A DNA stretch of 64,000 nt from Ignavibacteriota bacterium (GCA_963701295.1 OY969585.1:2336001-2400000), one strand, 5' to 3'; shown: positions 21,730-33,303, counted from the stretch's first letter. The notes: generated from the sequence alone by a model not told the origin. Numbers and translations are program-made.

Positions 21730-22650
21730 ATGAAATTACAAAGTCGTCACTTACTAGGATTGGAAGGGGTGGGAAAGGAAGATATTACACTCATTCTCGA
21801 CACTGCAATATCATTTAAGGAAGTTTTGGAGCGGCCAATTAAAAAGGTTCCGCCATTGCAAGGAAAAACGATTGTGAATCTGTTCTTTGAGAGCTCCACT
21901 CGAACGCGGATTTCGTTCGAGCTTGCAGAGCGGCGGCTCTCGGCAGATGTAGTGAATTTTTCTTCTGTAGGCAGCAGTGTCAGTAAGGGAGAAACGCTCA
22001 AGGATACAGCACGCAATATCGAAGCAATGAAGATCGATATGGTTGTCATCCGCCATGCATCTTCAGGAGCGCCGCACTTTCTTACTCGTGTGGTGAAAGC
22101 AAATGTGATTAATGCGGGCGATGGTGCGCACGAACATCCTACTCAGGCATTACTCGATATGATGACATTGAAGGAGAAATACGGAAAGCTCGAAGGACTT
22201 CGCGTCTGCATAGTCGGTGATATCTTGCATAGTCGCGTTGCACGCTCTAATATCTACGGATTAAAAACGATGGGAGTAGAAGTCTCCGTGTGTGGTCCCG
22301 CAACAATGATTCCACGGAATATCGAAGCCCTTGGTGTTCGTGTGTATCACCGATTGGAAGATGTTATTCCACACGTTGATGCTTTAAATGTTCTTCGCAT
22401 CCAATTGGAGCGGCAGAAGAGCGGGCTTTTCCCATCGCTTCGTGAATACCACCGCTTTTTTGGAGTAACAAAAGAAAAAGTTGACCGAGCACCGAAACCG
22501 ATCACCATTATGCATCCAGGTCCCATCAACCGCGACGTCGAGCTCTCAGCTGATCTTGCCGATGGACCGCACTCTGTTATTCTAGAACAAGTAACAAACG
22601 GAGAAGCAGTTCGGATGGCAGTACTCTACTTACTTGGAACCTCGAATTAA
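21730..22650 (+). CDS. pyrB: Aspartate carbamoyltransferase catalytic subunit
   Basis: FFESSTRT, INAGDGAHEHPTQALLD, HSRV, RIQLER, MHPGP. Confidence 0.97.
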   Translation: MKLQSRHLLGLEGVGKEDITLILDTAISFKEVLERPIKKVPPLQGKTIVNLFFESSTRTRISFELAERRLSADVVNFSSVGSSVSKGETLKDTARNIEAMKIDMVVIRHASSGAPHFLTRVVKANVINAGDGAHEHPTQALLDMMTLKEKYGKLEGLRVCIVGDILHSRVARSNIYGLKTMGVEVSVCGPATMIPRNIEALGVRVYHRLEDVIPHVDALNVLRIQLERQKSGLFPSLREYHRFFGVTKEKVDRAPKPITIMHPGPINRDVELSADLADGPHSVILEQVTNGEAVRMAVLYLLGTSN

Positions 22651-22661
22651 AGGAATAGCAC

Positions 22662-23945
22662 ATGAAACTACATTTGAAATCAGGTCGTCTTATTGATCCC
22701 GCAAAAGGGAAAGATGTTGTTACTGATATGTTGATCGTCGATGGAAGAATAGAACGCATTGGGCAATCGCTCTCCACAGATCGTTCCTTCGAAACTGTCG
22801 ATCTAAAGAACAAGGTTATTGCGCCGGGATTTATCGATATGCACGTTCACTTGCGCGAACCGGGGTACGAACATAAGGAAACGATTGAAACAGGGTGCGC
22901 CTCTGCAGCAGCGGGAGGATTTACCGCTGTCTGTTGTATGCCCAACACAAATCCTACGATTGATGAAGAGTCGGTTGCACGATATGTACAGGAGGAAGGC
23001 AGGCGTGTGACAGGAGGTCTTGTGGATGTATATCCGATTGCGGCTGCGACAAAAGGGCGCAAAGGCGAAGAATTGGCGCCGATGGCTGAGTTATCCAAAG
23101 CAGGCGCTGTTGGATTCTCGGATGACGGATCACCGATAGCAAGCGCGGAATTGATGCGCCGAGTTCTTGAATACTCATCAATGTATGGTTTACCTGTCAT
23201 CCAGCATGCGGAGGAACAAACGCTGACAAGGAATGGGCTCATGAATGAAGGGCTTGTTGCAACTCGCCTTGGAATGCCTGGAATTCCTCCAATTGCTGAA
23301 GAGCTCATGATCGAACGCGACATCATTCTCTTGCGCTATGTTCCGCATTCGAAGTATCACGTTGCACATATCAGTACCGCAGGTTCAATTGAATGTGTAC
23401 AACGAGCGAAAGCAGAAAAGCTCAATATTACTTGCGAAGTCACACCGCATCACTTCACTCTTACAGATGAAGCAGTTGAGAGTTTTGATACGAACTTAAA
23501 GATGAGTCCGCCATTGCGCACAAAAGATGATGTACAGGCTCTCAAAGAAGCACTACGTGATGGTACGATCGATGTGATTGCAACGGACCATGCACCACAT
23601 ACCATTGATGAAAAAGAAGTGGAATATGCACAAGCCCCATTTGGAATTGTTGGATTAGAGACTGCTATCGGATTGTCTGTGACAGAATTGGTAAACAAAA
23701 AATATCTCACTCTAAATCAATTGATTGAAAAACTCTCAATCAACCCTCGTAGAATTCTTTCTTTACCTATGATAAATATCCAGGAAGGGGAAACCGCCAA
23801 CCTTACATTGTTCGATCCGGAAAAAGAATGGGTGGTAGATATTCAAGCATTTAAATCGAAGTCTAAGAACTCACCGTTCCATGGACGGCGACTCAAAGGG
23901 AAAACAATCGGAGTCATTAACAACGGAAAGTCGTGGTTTGTATAA
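22662..23945 (+). CDS. pyrC: Dihydroorotase
   Basis: DMHVHLREPG, MPNT, EVTPHH, ATDHAPH, SKNSPF. Confidence 0.96.
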   Translation: MKLHLKSGRLIDPAKGKDVVTDMLIVDGRIERIGQSLSTDRSFETVDLKNKVIAPGFIDMHVHLREPGYEHKETIETGCASAAAGGFTAVCCMPNTNPTIDEESVARYVQEEGRRVTGGLVDVYPIAAATKGRKGEELAPMAELSKAGAVGFSDDGSPIASAELMRRVLEYSSMYGLPVIQHAEEQTLTRNGLMNEGLVATRLGMPGIPPIAEELMIERDIILLRYVPHSKYHVAHISTAGSIECVQRAKAEKLNITCEVTPHHFTLTDEAVESFDTNLKMSPPLRTKDDVQALKEALRDGTIDVIATDHAPHTIDEKEVEYAQAPFGIVGLETAIGLSVTELVNKKYLTLNQLIEKLSINPRRILSLPMINIQEGETANLTLFDPEKEWVVDIQAFKSKSKNSPFHGRRLKGKTIGVINNGKSWFV

Positions 23946-24166
23946 TAAATCCTGACTGTTCAGAATAACAGACAGCTGAAAAGAAACCAGATCTCAGAAT
24001 TATCCGACCGTCTCCAACGGGAAGAAAATCACTGGAGCGAATGCTCAGCAAGAATTGAAGTGAGTGGATAGGTAGCACTTGATGGGAAGCAACCCATTCC
24101 TTACGATAGGGTTGCTCTTCCATTCATTGACTTTCTCCACGTTTTCTGATAATTTGATCTTAAATA

Positions 24167-24634
24167 ATGAATTGGTTCCTCGTCATATTGGTTATGTCAT
24201 TTTTTCCCGAAGCACAAGTAAAGACTCAACCTGTGACTAGTCAGACAGATGATACGCTCGTTATACATTCTGTCCATTCAGCCGTCCAGCGCTCTTCACT
24301 AGTAGAGATTTTTCAGAACGTGGAAAATGGGCTACAAAATAACGCAGTAGACAAATTTAAAAAAGAACTTGGTGAAATAGTCTCCATGACAATTAGTTCC
24401 GGTGAACATGGATACTATTCGGCCAACCAAGCGGTATTAGTACTTATTGGATATTTTTCAGAGCGCCGCCTCGTTTCATTTAAATTCTCTCGAATTCACG
24501 AGAAAGGCTCTGCACCTTATGCAACGGGCCGTTTTATCTATGTCCAAAAGGGAATTCAAAAATCAGTACAGGTGTATGTATCTTTGACTGAGCAAGGCTC
24601 GCGATGGGTTATCAATCAATTCAACATTTATTGA
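24167..24634 (+). CDS. DUF4783-like secreted protein
   Basis: Signal peptide, GYYSANQA...YF...F.F pattern. Confidence 0.55.
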   Translation: MNWFLVILVMSFFPEAQVKTQPVTSQTDDTLVIHSVHSAVQRSSLVEIFQNVENGLQNNAVDKFKKELGEIVSMTISSGEHGYYSANQAVLVLIGYFSERRLVSFKFSRIHEKGSAPYATGRFIYVQKGIQKSVQVYVSLTEQGSRWVINQFNIY

Positions 24635-24647
24635 TAATGATGACGAT

Positions 24648-27600
24648 ATGAGGGATCGAATCGTACGAAATGTTCGCCCCGCGTTATGGGGCTTTTTTAT
24701 TTGTGTTGCATTGGCTGGAGCGTTGTATACAATAAGGATTTTCATTCCGTCGTATATCGCTCATCGGTGGGATGCAGAGCGCAGCATTCGGCGATCACAG
24801 AACGAAAAAATTATTCGCAATGCTTTTCAAAGCCGTGTCGAACAACTGACCGAAATCCTCGAGCGTGTTTCTGGAGATACCTCTCTTGCTACAAGTATAA
24901 ACTTAAACGGTGTGCCTGCTGCCCTCAAAGCGTTTCAGACGTTGAATTCCTATCGATTGCATGATGATCAAACACTTGATCTTGTAGATCCGCAAGGAAA
25001 TCTTTTTGCTTGGAATGGACCGAGCATAACGCACCGGTATGCAGAGGTTCCCGGTCAGAATCCTCCTAAGCAATTTGTCCGTGTCACACAAAATGGACTG
25101 CGTGCATATCTAACGGTCGGCAGATGTCTTACTTCCGATAAATATTATTTGATGGCGAGTGAGCCGCTCGAATTAAATTCTCCAATCTCAAATCGATTCG
25201 TTCAAAAAGTAAGTTTGAGCGATGATCTTTCACAGAAATTAAAAGCAAAAGTCACGCTTTGGATTTCGCATACCACCCAGTCAAATCAGGTAGAGCTCAT
25301 TGTTCCTATTATTGATAGGGAAGGGAATACGGTCGTTGAATTCTCTGTAGAAGAAAAAACCATCGAAAATGAAATTGCCTCTATTATCGAAGTATATTCG
25401 ATGTTGATTGGTTTTTGTTTCGCTTTCGGGAGTGTCTTCCTTGCATACGCAGAAACACTATGGATAGCCCGTATTCGGAAGGGTTGGATTCCAATGGCTA
25501 TAAGCATTCTTTCTCTGTGGTTTGTGAGATTGGTATGGCACGAGATGGAATTCCCGGCTAATATTATAGGCGGTTGGTTTTCCAATCTGAATTTATACGC
25601 ATCTCCCTTTTTCTTTGGATTAAGTTCTTCGTTGGGGGAACTGGTCATTAGCATGGGAATACTTACAATTTCGACTTGGCTCTTCTTCACGTACATGATT
25701 TTTAACAAACGGGTGGAAGAAGTCATTTCAGGATTAGGATTGCGCGTTAAACGAATTGGTGCATTCATTATTTTATGTGTGGTTGCTCTTTTAATACTTT
25801 GGATATTTCGAGGTTTTAGCGAAGCATTAAGGAGTTTTGTGTTTGATTCAACGATACGATTTAACAATCCGTCGGAGATATTATTAGATGGAACATCAGC
25901 GATCATGCTTCTCAATGTTATATTGCTAGGAGTTTCATTACTATGCGTTTCGACGGTGTTACTTTGGATAGGGAAGAAAATTCTTTCTATTCAATTCCCT
26001 TCATCAGAATTAAAGATCCAAATCCTTTACATCGTCCTTTTACTTTTATGTATCATGCTCTTTATATGGATAGATGGAACTCCACAATCGCAATTCTTCA
26101 GTACTTTCTTGTTCATAACGCTCAGTGTTGTCTTGGTGGAATTGTTGTCTCGTTGGGACAATTCTGAGATAGGCGTACCATCAGCAAAATGGCGAACAGT
26201 AGTGTCAATAGTGTTAGGTTCGTTTTTGCTGGGAGTGCCAATGATACATCAAAAACTCCAACAGAGAGAATGCAAGGAAGTGGAAGTTGTAGCAAAAGAA
26301 TTATTGCGACCTTCAGACAATTGGTTAACCTATGTAGTACTTGATGGAATTCGCTCGTCTGTCGAAGGTTTGAAAGACGAATTGATCATGAATGATATTG
26401 CAGAAGCAAAAAAAACGAATCTTGCATTTGTCTTGTGGACGAAGACCCTGCTTGGCAAGGAAGGATATAACTCTGCCCTTGTTCTTTACGACCAAAAAGG
26501 AAATGAAGTGGATCGATTCGTCGTTGGAATGAGCAAGCCGGAACAACAAGAAATTCTTACTCGAGTGTTTGAGGGGGAAGAAAATGCTGTCCATATGATA
26601 GGAAGAACGGGGCAGAAAACACTGGGCAAGCTTTATGGTGCTTGGATAACAGTTCGTGATTCAAACGAGAAATTCGTTGGCAGCCTTGCACTCATTCTTT
26701 CTGAACATCAGAAAACATTTTTTCATAACCAGGAAACCGAGCCGCTTCGACAATTTGGAGATCGATTTGAAAATGATATATTTCGCGAAATTGCCATTCA
26801 TGAGTTTCAAATGGACACTCTAATATTTTCAACGGGAAGCAAATTAACCCCGGATCGGTTTTTGTCTTCGACAATTGAGGCTGAACTCCAGGAAGCTCCA
26901 AACGCCATACTATGGAAGGACATGAGAATCAATGGATATGAAACGCAAACCGTATTTTTAAGAGATATGGATTCACCGGAGAAAATTGTGTCGATCAGTC
27001 TCGAGAGATTGGATGTCCGATGGGAATTATTCAGCTATCTAAAGGAATTTTTTATCTGCCTTGGTGTCTTGGCTGCAGTTGGAATGTATGTGTTCATTCG
27101 TAGACATGATCGTAGTGTCCTACCAATGATGGGATTCAAAGGCAAGCTTTTTCTCGGATTTGCATGCATTACGCTTTTACCTCTTGCAGTCTTGAGCTAT
27201 TACAACAAACAACTTGTTGCAGAACGGGTGCAGGAACAAATTGAAACAACATTGTATCGCGAATTATCTCAATTACAGGATCGCATTAGTACATCTGTTA
27301 CAGATGAAGAAGATTATGTGCTTGGGGTTAGCGATGATTTCTGTGAAGCGCTTGCTAGTGAATATGGCATTGACTTCTCAGTTTATCGTAATGCGTCGAT
27401 TCAGGCAAGCAGTCGGTCTGAACTCTATCGCGCTGGACTTTTAGATAGAAGACTTAATGGAGAAGCCTTTGCCTCGTCGGTTCTCGAAAGAAAAAGTTAT
27501 TTTTTAACGAAAGAAAAGATTGGTTCTGTTGAATATGTAGTAGGCTACGCTCCAATTTCAATTGCCGGTTCTGTTGTTGGAGTACTCGCTATCCCGACAT

Positions 27601-28544
27601 TGAATCGAGAAAAAGAAATAGAATCTGAATTAGCACAACGAAATGCTTATGTTTTTGGTGCATATGCCATCGTTTTTGGGATTGCCTTGGTTGGCGGTGG
27701 ATTGCTTGCCTTACGTTTTACCCAACCATTGAGTCTTTTGACCCTTGCAGCAAAAGATGTTTCAGAGGGAAATCTTGCAGTACGAGTCGAAACGCACTCT
27801 CGAGATGAAATTGGTATACTTGCCCGCTCATTTAACGAAATGGTTTTCAAATTACAAAAGAGCAGAGAAGAACTTTCTAAACATGAACGTGAAAGTGCAT
27901 GGAAGGAAATGGCAAAACAGGTTGCCCACGAAATCCGGAATCCTCTTACCCCCATTAAACTTTCAATCCAGCATGTTCGTCAGGCGTTTAAAGATAAGGC
28001 GCCTGACAGGGAAGAGATACTCCAGCGCGTAACACAGACGGTGAACGATCAGATTGAGGTGCTTTCTCGAATTGCTTCTGAATTCTCGAGCTTGGCAAAA
28101 ATGCCGGAGAGCAAGTTTGAACGGCTTAATATTGACGATCTTCTCAAAGAGACAATAAATCTGTTCCGGGAAGTTCAAGGAGTGAGCTTTATCCATACGT
28201 TTGTATCTCCAACGGTGATGATTGTTGCTGATCGCGACCAGCTTCGTAGAGTATTTATCAATATTATCAGGAACGCCATCCAAGCGATACAGAAAGCTGG
28301 AACAATAACCGCTGAGACTTCTTTAGAAAAACATATATGTATTATCAAAATCTCCGATACAGGGTCAGGAATTCCTGAAGAAATACTATCGAGGATATTT
28401 GAACCGAATTTCTCAACGAAGACTGAAGGTATGGGGCTCGGGTTGGCAATTGCACGAAGAATCATTGAAGACCATGGAGGGACAGTATCTTGCTCAAGTG
28501 AGCGTGGGAAAGGAACGACGTTTGAAATCCGGCTTCCAGCCTGA
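24648..28544 (+). CDS. Multi-TM HAMP sensor histidine kinase (NtrY-like)
   Basis: Many TM helices, HAMP (DEIGILARSFNEM), AWKEMAKQVAHEIRNPLTPI, GMGLGL. Confidence 0.92.
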   Translation: MRDRIVRNVRPALWGFFICVALAGALYTIRIFIPSYIAHRWDAERSIRRSQNEKIIRNAFQSRVEQLTEILERVSGDTSLATSINLNGVPAALKAFQTLNSYRLHDDQTLDLVDPQGNLFAWNGPSITHRYAEVPGQNPPKQFVRVTQNGLRAYLTVGRCLTSDKYYLMASEPLELNSPISNRFVQKVSLSDDLSQKLKAKVTLWISHTTQSNQVELIVPIIDREGNTVVEFSVEEKTIENEIASIIEVYSMLIGFCFAFGSVFLAYAETLWIARIRKGWIPMAISILSLWFVRLVWHEMEFPANIIGGWFSNLNLYASPFFFGLSSSLGELVISMGILTISTWLFFTYMIFNKRVEEVISGLGLRVKRIGAFIILCVVALLILWIFRGFSEALRSFVFDSTIRFNNPSEILLDGTSAIMLLNVILLGVSLLCVSTVLLWIGKKILSIQFPSSELKIQILYIVLLLLCIMLFIWIDGTPQSQFFSTFLFITLSVVLVELLSRWDNSEIGVPSAKWRTVVSIVLGSFLLGVPMIHQKLQQRECKEVEVVAKELLRPSDNWLTYVVLDGIRSSVEGLKDELIMNDIAEAKKTNLAFVLWTKTLLGKEGYNSALVLYDQKGNEVDRFVVGMSKPEQQEILTRVFEGEENAVHMIGRTGQKTLGKLYGAWITVRDSNEKFVGSLALILSEHQKTFFHNQETEPLRQFGDRFENDIFREIAIHEFQMDTLIFSTGSKLTPDRFLSSTIEAELQEAPNAILWKDMRINGYETQTVFLRDMDSPEKIVSISLERLDVRWELFSYLKEFFICLGVLAAVGMYVFIRRHDRSVLPMMGFKGKLFLGFACITLLPLAVLSYYNKQLVAERVQEQIETTLYRELSQLQDRISTSVTDEEDYVLGVSDDFCEALASEYGIDFSVYRNASIQASSRSELYRAGLLDRRLNGEAFASSVLERKSYFLTKEKIGSVEYVVGYAPISIAGSVVGVLAIPTLNREKEIESELAQRNAYVFGAYAIVFGIALVGGGLLALRFTQPLSLLTLAAKDVSEGNLAVRVETHSRDEIGILARSFNEMVFKLQKSREELSKHERESAWKEMAKQVAHEIRNPLTPIKLSIQHVRQAFKDKAPDREEILQRVTQTVNDQIEVLSRIASEFSSLAKMPESKFERLNIDDLLKETINLFREVQGVSFIHTFVSPTVMIVADRDQLRRVFINIIRNAIQAIQKAGTITAETSLEKHICIIKISDTGSGIPEEILSRIFEPNFSTKTEGMGLGLAIARRIIEDHGGTVSCSSERGKGTTFEIRLPA

Positions 28545-28554
28545 CAGGGAAGAA

Positions 28555-29289
28555 ATGACCGTTATTCTGCCAAAGATTTATTCTGGAATTTCGAAGGTGC
28601 GTGCCGGAATGAGTACAAGAATCGGGAATGAGAGCGATACTGCGTTTGGAGTAAATTTGAGTTTTAACGTCGGAGATGATCCCACGCGTGTGAGAAGGAA
28701 TCGTAAAAAATTCTTTGCTCAAATAGGGATTTCAGAGCACGATCTTGCAATTCCACTCCAATGTCATTCGAACAATATTCTCAAGGTTGATACTCGAGGA
28801 GAATATGAAAAATGTGATGCTCTGATCACAAATACAGCCCAAGTGGCATTGGCTGTTACCATAGCGGATTGTGTTCCCATTTTGCTCTTTGATCCAATCA
28901 ATAAAGCAGTTGGAGCAGTACATGCGGGGTGGAGAGGGACAATTGGTTCCATTGCTAAACGAGCTGTAGAAAAAATGAAGGCAGAATACAGGACGGACCC
29001 TGCTCAAATGCTTGCTTATATTGGCCCATCCGCCGGAGCGTGTTGTTATGAAGTAGATGAGGAAGTTGCTGTTATATTCGGGAATAAAGTCGTACCTTAT
29101 CCCAAGAAGAAGATATTCCTCGATTTAAAAAAAGAGAATATGCTCCAGCTTATGCAACTTGGAGTTTTAACGAACAATATTGAGGTTAGCTCATCCTGTA
29201 CGATTTGCGAGAGGAAACTGTTTCATTCCTTTAGAAGGGATGGTCGGAAGGCAGGCAGGATGATGGCGGTTATTTGCATGATGCAATAA
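28555..29289 (+). CDS. pgeF: PgeF/YfiH family protein
   Basis: NLSFNVGDD, QCHS, DALIT, ADCVP, HAGWRG, IGPS...CYEV, CT, SFRR; start at ATG 28555. Confidence 0.92.
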   Translation: MTVILPKIYSGISKVRAGMSTRIGNESDTAFGVNLSFNVGDDPTRVRRNRKKFFAQIGISEHDLAIPLQCHSNNILKVDTRGEYEKCDALITNTAQVALAVTIADCVPILLFDPINKAVGAVHAGWRGTIGSIAKRAVEKMKAEYRTDPAQMLAYIGPSAGACCYEVDEEVAVIFGNKVVPYPKKKIFLDLKKENMLQLMQLGVLTNNIEVSSSCTICERKLFHSFRRDGRKAGRMMAVICMMQ

Positions 29290-29302
29290 TTGGAGATAGA
29301 GT

Positions 29303-31135
29303 ATGTGTGGCATTGTTGGATATGTCGGAAAACGGAATGCGTTGCCGATCCTTTTAGAAGGATTAAAGAGACTTGAATATCGGGGTTATGACTCTGCGGG
29401 AGTTGCGTTACTTCAAGACGGAAAACTCCAAATCAAAAAATGTGTTGGGAAGGTGTCTCAATTAGAAGAGGCAACCAAGGAAATCAAGTCAACAGCTACC
29501 ATCGGTATTGGACATACTCGCTGGGCCACTCACGGCGTGCCCAATGATATAAACGCGCATCCTCATACGGACTGCCATAACCATATAGCACTGATCCATA
29601 ATGGGGTGATTGAGAATTATGCAACGCTCAAAAAGAAATTAGAGACACTTGGACACATTTTTAAATCAGCGACAGATACCGAGGTTTTAGTGCACCTTAT
29701 CGAGGAGTTCTCTCGGTGGAATAAGGATTTGGATTATGCTGTTCGTGGTGCACTGAAAGAAGTAACAGGTACCTATGGAATTATTGTCGCGGACATTTTT
29801 AAACCGGATACTCTTATTGTTGCCCGCAAGGGAAGCCCGATAGTGATCGGTTATGGTGATGAAGAGATCGTTATTGCTTCTGATGCTTCGGCTTTAGTGC
29901 AGCATACCCGGAAAGTGACATATTTAGAGGATGGTGAGGTTGCTGTTGTCACCGCACAAGATGTTACAATAAAAACCTTAAGCGATGTTGAGATAACAAA
30001 GGTAGTAGAAGAACTCACATTTGATCTCGATCAGATTGAAAAAGGGGGATTTCTTCATTTTATGTTGAAAGAAATTCATGAACAGCCTGAGACAATCCAA
30101 AATTCTATGCGAGGTCGTTTACTGGAAGAAGAGGGAACAGTGAAGCTTGGTGGTCTCAGTGAAGTGGCTGACACGGTAATACGCGCACCTCGTCTAATCT
30201 TTGCAGCGTGTGGCACTTCTTGGCATGCTGCACTCATAGGCAAATATATGCTTGAGCAATATGCTCGTATTCCCGTGGAAGTCGAGTACGCTTCGGAATT
30301 CCGGTACCGTAATCCTATTCTCAAGAAAGATGATGTTGTTCTATTGATCAGCCAAAGTGGTGAGACAGCGGATACACTTGCGGCCTTACGAGAAGCAAAA
30401 GCACAAGGAGCGACTGTTATTGGAATATGTAATGTGGTGGGGAGTTCTATTGCGCGCGAAAGTGACGGTGGTGTGTATATTCATGCCGGACCCGAAATCG
30501 GCGTCGCATCCACAAAGGCATTCACGTCACAATTGACCGTGCTGGCGTTGCTTACAATTCTCATTGCACGGAGCAAAGGAATGCCGCGGGAGAAAGGTAT
30601 CGAACTTGTTCGAGAACTGAAACTGTTGCCAGAGAAGGTGCAAAAAATTCTTTCGGACGTATCACAGATCGAGTATATAGCAAGTGAATTTAAAAATACG
30701 AAAAACTTTCTTTATCTTGGGCGAGGATATAATTTCCCTTCTGCGCTTGAAGGTGCACTGAAGATGAAGGAGATATCATACATTCATGCCGAAGGATACC
30801 CCGCGGCAGAAATGAAGCATGGTCCTATAGCACTCATTGATGAAAATATGCCGGTTGTGTTTATTGCACCTCATGATAGAACATATGAGAAAATTATGAG
30901 CAATATTCAAGAAGTGAAAGCACGGAGTGGGAAAGTGATTGCGATTGTAAACGATGAGGAAGACAGCATCTGCCAATTGGCAGATTATAGGATTTGTGTA
31001 CCTTCAACCATTGATTTATTCACACCGATTCTTGCAGTCATCCCGCTGCAATTGCTGGCATATTACATTGCAGTTTCCCGAGGATGCAACATTGATCAAC
31101 CACGAAACTTAGCAAAAAGCGTTACTGTTGAATAA
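29303..31135 (+). CDS. glmS: Glutamine--fructose-6-phosphate aminotransferase
   Basis: MCGIVG, LEYRGYDSAG, GHTRWATHG, SQSGETAD, PRNLAKSVTVE. Confidence 0.98.
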   Translation: MCGIVGYVGKRNALPILLEGLKRLEYRGYDSAGVALLQDGKLQIKKCVGKVSQLEEATKEIKSTATIGIGHTRWATHGVPNDINAHPHTDCHNHIALIHNGVIENYATLKKKLETLGHIFKSATDTEVLVHLIEEFSRWNKDLDYAVRGALKEVTGTYGIIVADIFKPDTLIVARKGSPIVIGYGDEEIVIASDASALVQHTRKVTYLEDGEVAVVTAQDVTIKTLSDVEITKVVEELTFDLDQIEKGGFLHFMLKEIHEQPETIQNSMRGRLLEEEGTVKLGGLSEVADTVIRAPRLIFAACGTSWHAALIGKYMLEQYARIPVEVEYASEFRYRNPILKKDDVVLLISQSGETADTLAALREAKAQGATVIGICNVVGSSIARESDGGVYIHAGPEIGVASTKAFTSQLTVLALLTILIARSKGMPREKGIELVRELKLLPEKVQKILSDVSQIEYIASEFKNTKNFLYLGRGYNFPSALEGALKMKEISYIHAEGYPAAEMKHGPIALIDENMPVVFIAPHDRTYEKIMSNIQEVKARSGKVIAIVNDEEDSICQLADYRICVPSTIDLFTPILAVIPLQLLAYYIAVSRGCNIDQPRNLAKSVTVE

Positions 31136-31200
31136 GAGATGGATGTTGACACAATGCTTTGTGTGTTGACAGTGCTTTACGAAAGGAAAGTAAGACCACA

Positions 31201-32037
31201 ATGAAGCAAGATGTAAAATTTAAGTCGAATGAATGGGCGCTTATCCTTGGGGCATCAAGCGGATTTGGAGCTGCCACAGCTATTGAATTAGCAAAACATG
31301 GAATGAATATTTTTGGTGTGCATCTTGATCGTCAAGCAACCATGACTAATGTGCAAAACCTTATCAAAGAAATTAAACATACAGGTGCGAAAACAGTATT
31401 TTACAATATCAATGCGGCTGATAATATTAAACGGAACGAGACGCTCGACGATATTCAGGAACAATTTGGAAATGATTCATTGTCAACTGTTAAAGTATTC
31501 ATTCATTCTCTTGCATTTGGAACCTTGAAATCATTTTTCGCTAAAAAACAGGAAGACGCAATAACACAGGCTCAAATGGAAATGACCGTTGACGTGATGG
31601 CACATAGTCTTGTATATTGGGTACAAGGGCTTCTCACTCGCAATCTTATCAAACGTGGTGGACGGATTTTTGGCATGACAAGTTCCGGTGGTCATACAGC
31701 AATGCCCTTTTACGGTGCGGTGTCAGCTGCAAAAGCAAGCCTCGAATCGCATATTAGACAATTGACCATGGAACTTGGGCCTCGGGGCATTACATCAAAC
31801 GCAATTATGGCGGGAGTAACGGACACTCCGGCGTTGCGCAAGATACCTGGAAATGTAAAGATGGTTGAAGCTGCGTGTCTGAAGAACCCTACCGGACGGC
31901 TTACGACACCGGAAGATGTTGCGAGGGCAATTGTTCTTCTTTCTTCAGAGGAAGCTAACTGGATATCTGGCAATGTCCTTGGAGTTGACGGAGGCGAAGA
32001 CAAAGTCGGATTTATCAGTCCTCGAAATAATTATTAA
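31201..32037 (+). CDS. SDR family oxidoreductase (enoyl-ACP reductase FabL-like)
   Basis: LGASSGFG, YGAVSAAK, TDTPAL; start at ATG 31201. Confidence 0.85.
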   Translation: MKQDVKFKSNEWALILGASSGFGAATAIELAKHGMNIFGVHLDRQATMTNVQNLIKEIKHTGAKTVFYNINAADNIKRNETLDDIQEQFGNDSLSTVKVFIHSLAFGTLKSFFAKKQEDAITQAQMEMTVDVMAHSLVYWVQGLLTRNLIKRGGRIFGMTSSGGHTAMPFYGAVSAAKASLESHIRQLTMELGPRGITSNAIMAGVTDTPALRKIPGNVKMVEAACLKNPTGRLTTPEDVARAIVLLSSEEANWISGNVLGVDGGEDKVGFISPRNNY

Positions 32038-32075
32038 AAATATTGCTGATTCATTAAATTAGAAGGAATCCCACT

Positions 32076-33218
32076 ATGTTTCAATTTGAATTCACCGAAG
32101 AACAACGTATGCTGCGCGATATGGCGCGAGATTTTGTAAACACAGAGGTCAAGCCTCTTGCTCAGAAGATGGATGAAGAAGAAAAACTATCTCCTGAATT
32201 AATTTGTAAAATTGCAAATATAGGTTTCCTTGGTGCATCATTCCCTCAAGAGTATGGCGGCGGGGGATTCGGTGAAGTTGGTTATTGCGTCATTCAAGAG
32301 GAAATGGGAAGAGGTGATCTTGCAACCTCCACATTTATTGGAGCACATCAATCCATTGGAGCAAATGCAATCTTTATTGGCGGTTCCGAAGAATTAAAGA
32401 AGAAGTATCTTGTTCCGCTTGCTGAAGGGAAATATATTGGAGGATTTGCATTAACAGAAGCTTCTGCCGGTTCCGATTCATTTAATTTACGAACGAAAGC
32501 ACGCCTTGATGGAAACGAATGGGTCATTAATGGTGAAAAACTGTGGATCACGAATGGCGGTTTTGCGGATATCCTTTCGGTTTTTGCTCGGACAGAACGA
32601 GGTATTAGCGCTTTCGTAGTTGAAACAAAAACTCCGGGATTCACTGCAGGTCCTAAAGAAAAGAAAATGGGTATTCGCGCCAGCATGACAAATGCGTTGA
32701 CGTTTGAGAATGTTCGAATCCCAAAAGATAACATCATTGGTGATGACGGTCGTGGATTTCTCATTGCAATGAAAACATTAGATGCCGGTCGTCTTGGTTT
32801 AGGGGCTGCCTGTCTCGGTGCTATGAAAGAACTCTTAGAACTCAGTACAAAATATGCAAAAGAACGGAGGCAATTCGATGCACCGCTGTCACAATTCCAG
32901 GCGATTCAATTTATGCTTGCAGATATGGCAATGGCAATCTATACTTTGGAATCAATCGTCTACCGTACGGCTCAAGATTATGATGAAAAGAAATCGGTCT
33001 CTCGGCAGGCAGCGTATGTAAAATTGTACGCTTCAGAACAACTCTGCAAAGTAGTTGATAAAGCAGTTCAGATCCATGGAGGCATGGGGTATTCTAGGGA
33101 GCTGCCCATCGAGCGTTACTATCGAGACGCTCGCATCAATCCTATATTTGAAGGGACAAGTGAGGTACAAAGACTTGTGATAGCGCGCGATGTTCTCAAA
33201 AAGAATGGGAAAGTATAA
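32076..33218 (+). CDS. Acyl-CoA dehydrogenase
   Basis: ALTEASAGSD, GEKLWITNG, KMGIR, QIHGGMG, RDAR...IFEGTSEVQ. Confidence 0.95.
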   Translation: MFQFEFTEEQRMLRDMARDFVNTEVKPLAQKMDEEEKLSPELICKIANIGFLGASFPQEYGGGGFGEVGYCVIQEEMGRGDLATSTFIGAHQSIGANAIFIGGSEELKKKYLVPLAEGKYIGGFALTEASAGSDSFNLRTKARLDGNEWVINGEKLWITNGGFADILSVFARTERGISAFVVETKTPGFTAGPKEKKMGIRASMTNALTFENVRIPKDNIIGDDGRGFLIAMKTLDAGRLGLGAACLGAMKELLELSTKYAKERRQFDAPLSQFQAIQFMLADMAMAIYTLESIVYRTAQDYDEKKSVSRQAAYVKLYASEQLCKVVDKAVQIHGGMGYSRELPIERYYRDARINPIFEGTSEVQRLVIARDVLKKNGKV

Positions 33219-33303
33219 GAATCAAATATTGACTTTCAACGAAAAGTCTGGTAGTTTTAAACAATCTTTTTTGGTCCCGCTGAGGTCCAGCGGGATTTTT
33301 ATT

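Noticed and set aside
29280-29302. glmS ribozyme
   Set aside because: Only 13 nt separate pgeF and glmS, leaving no room
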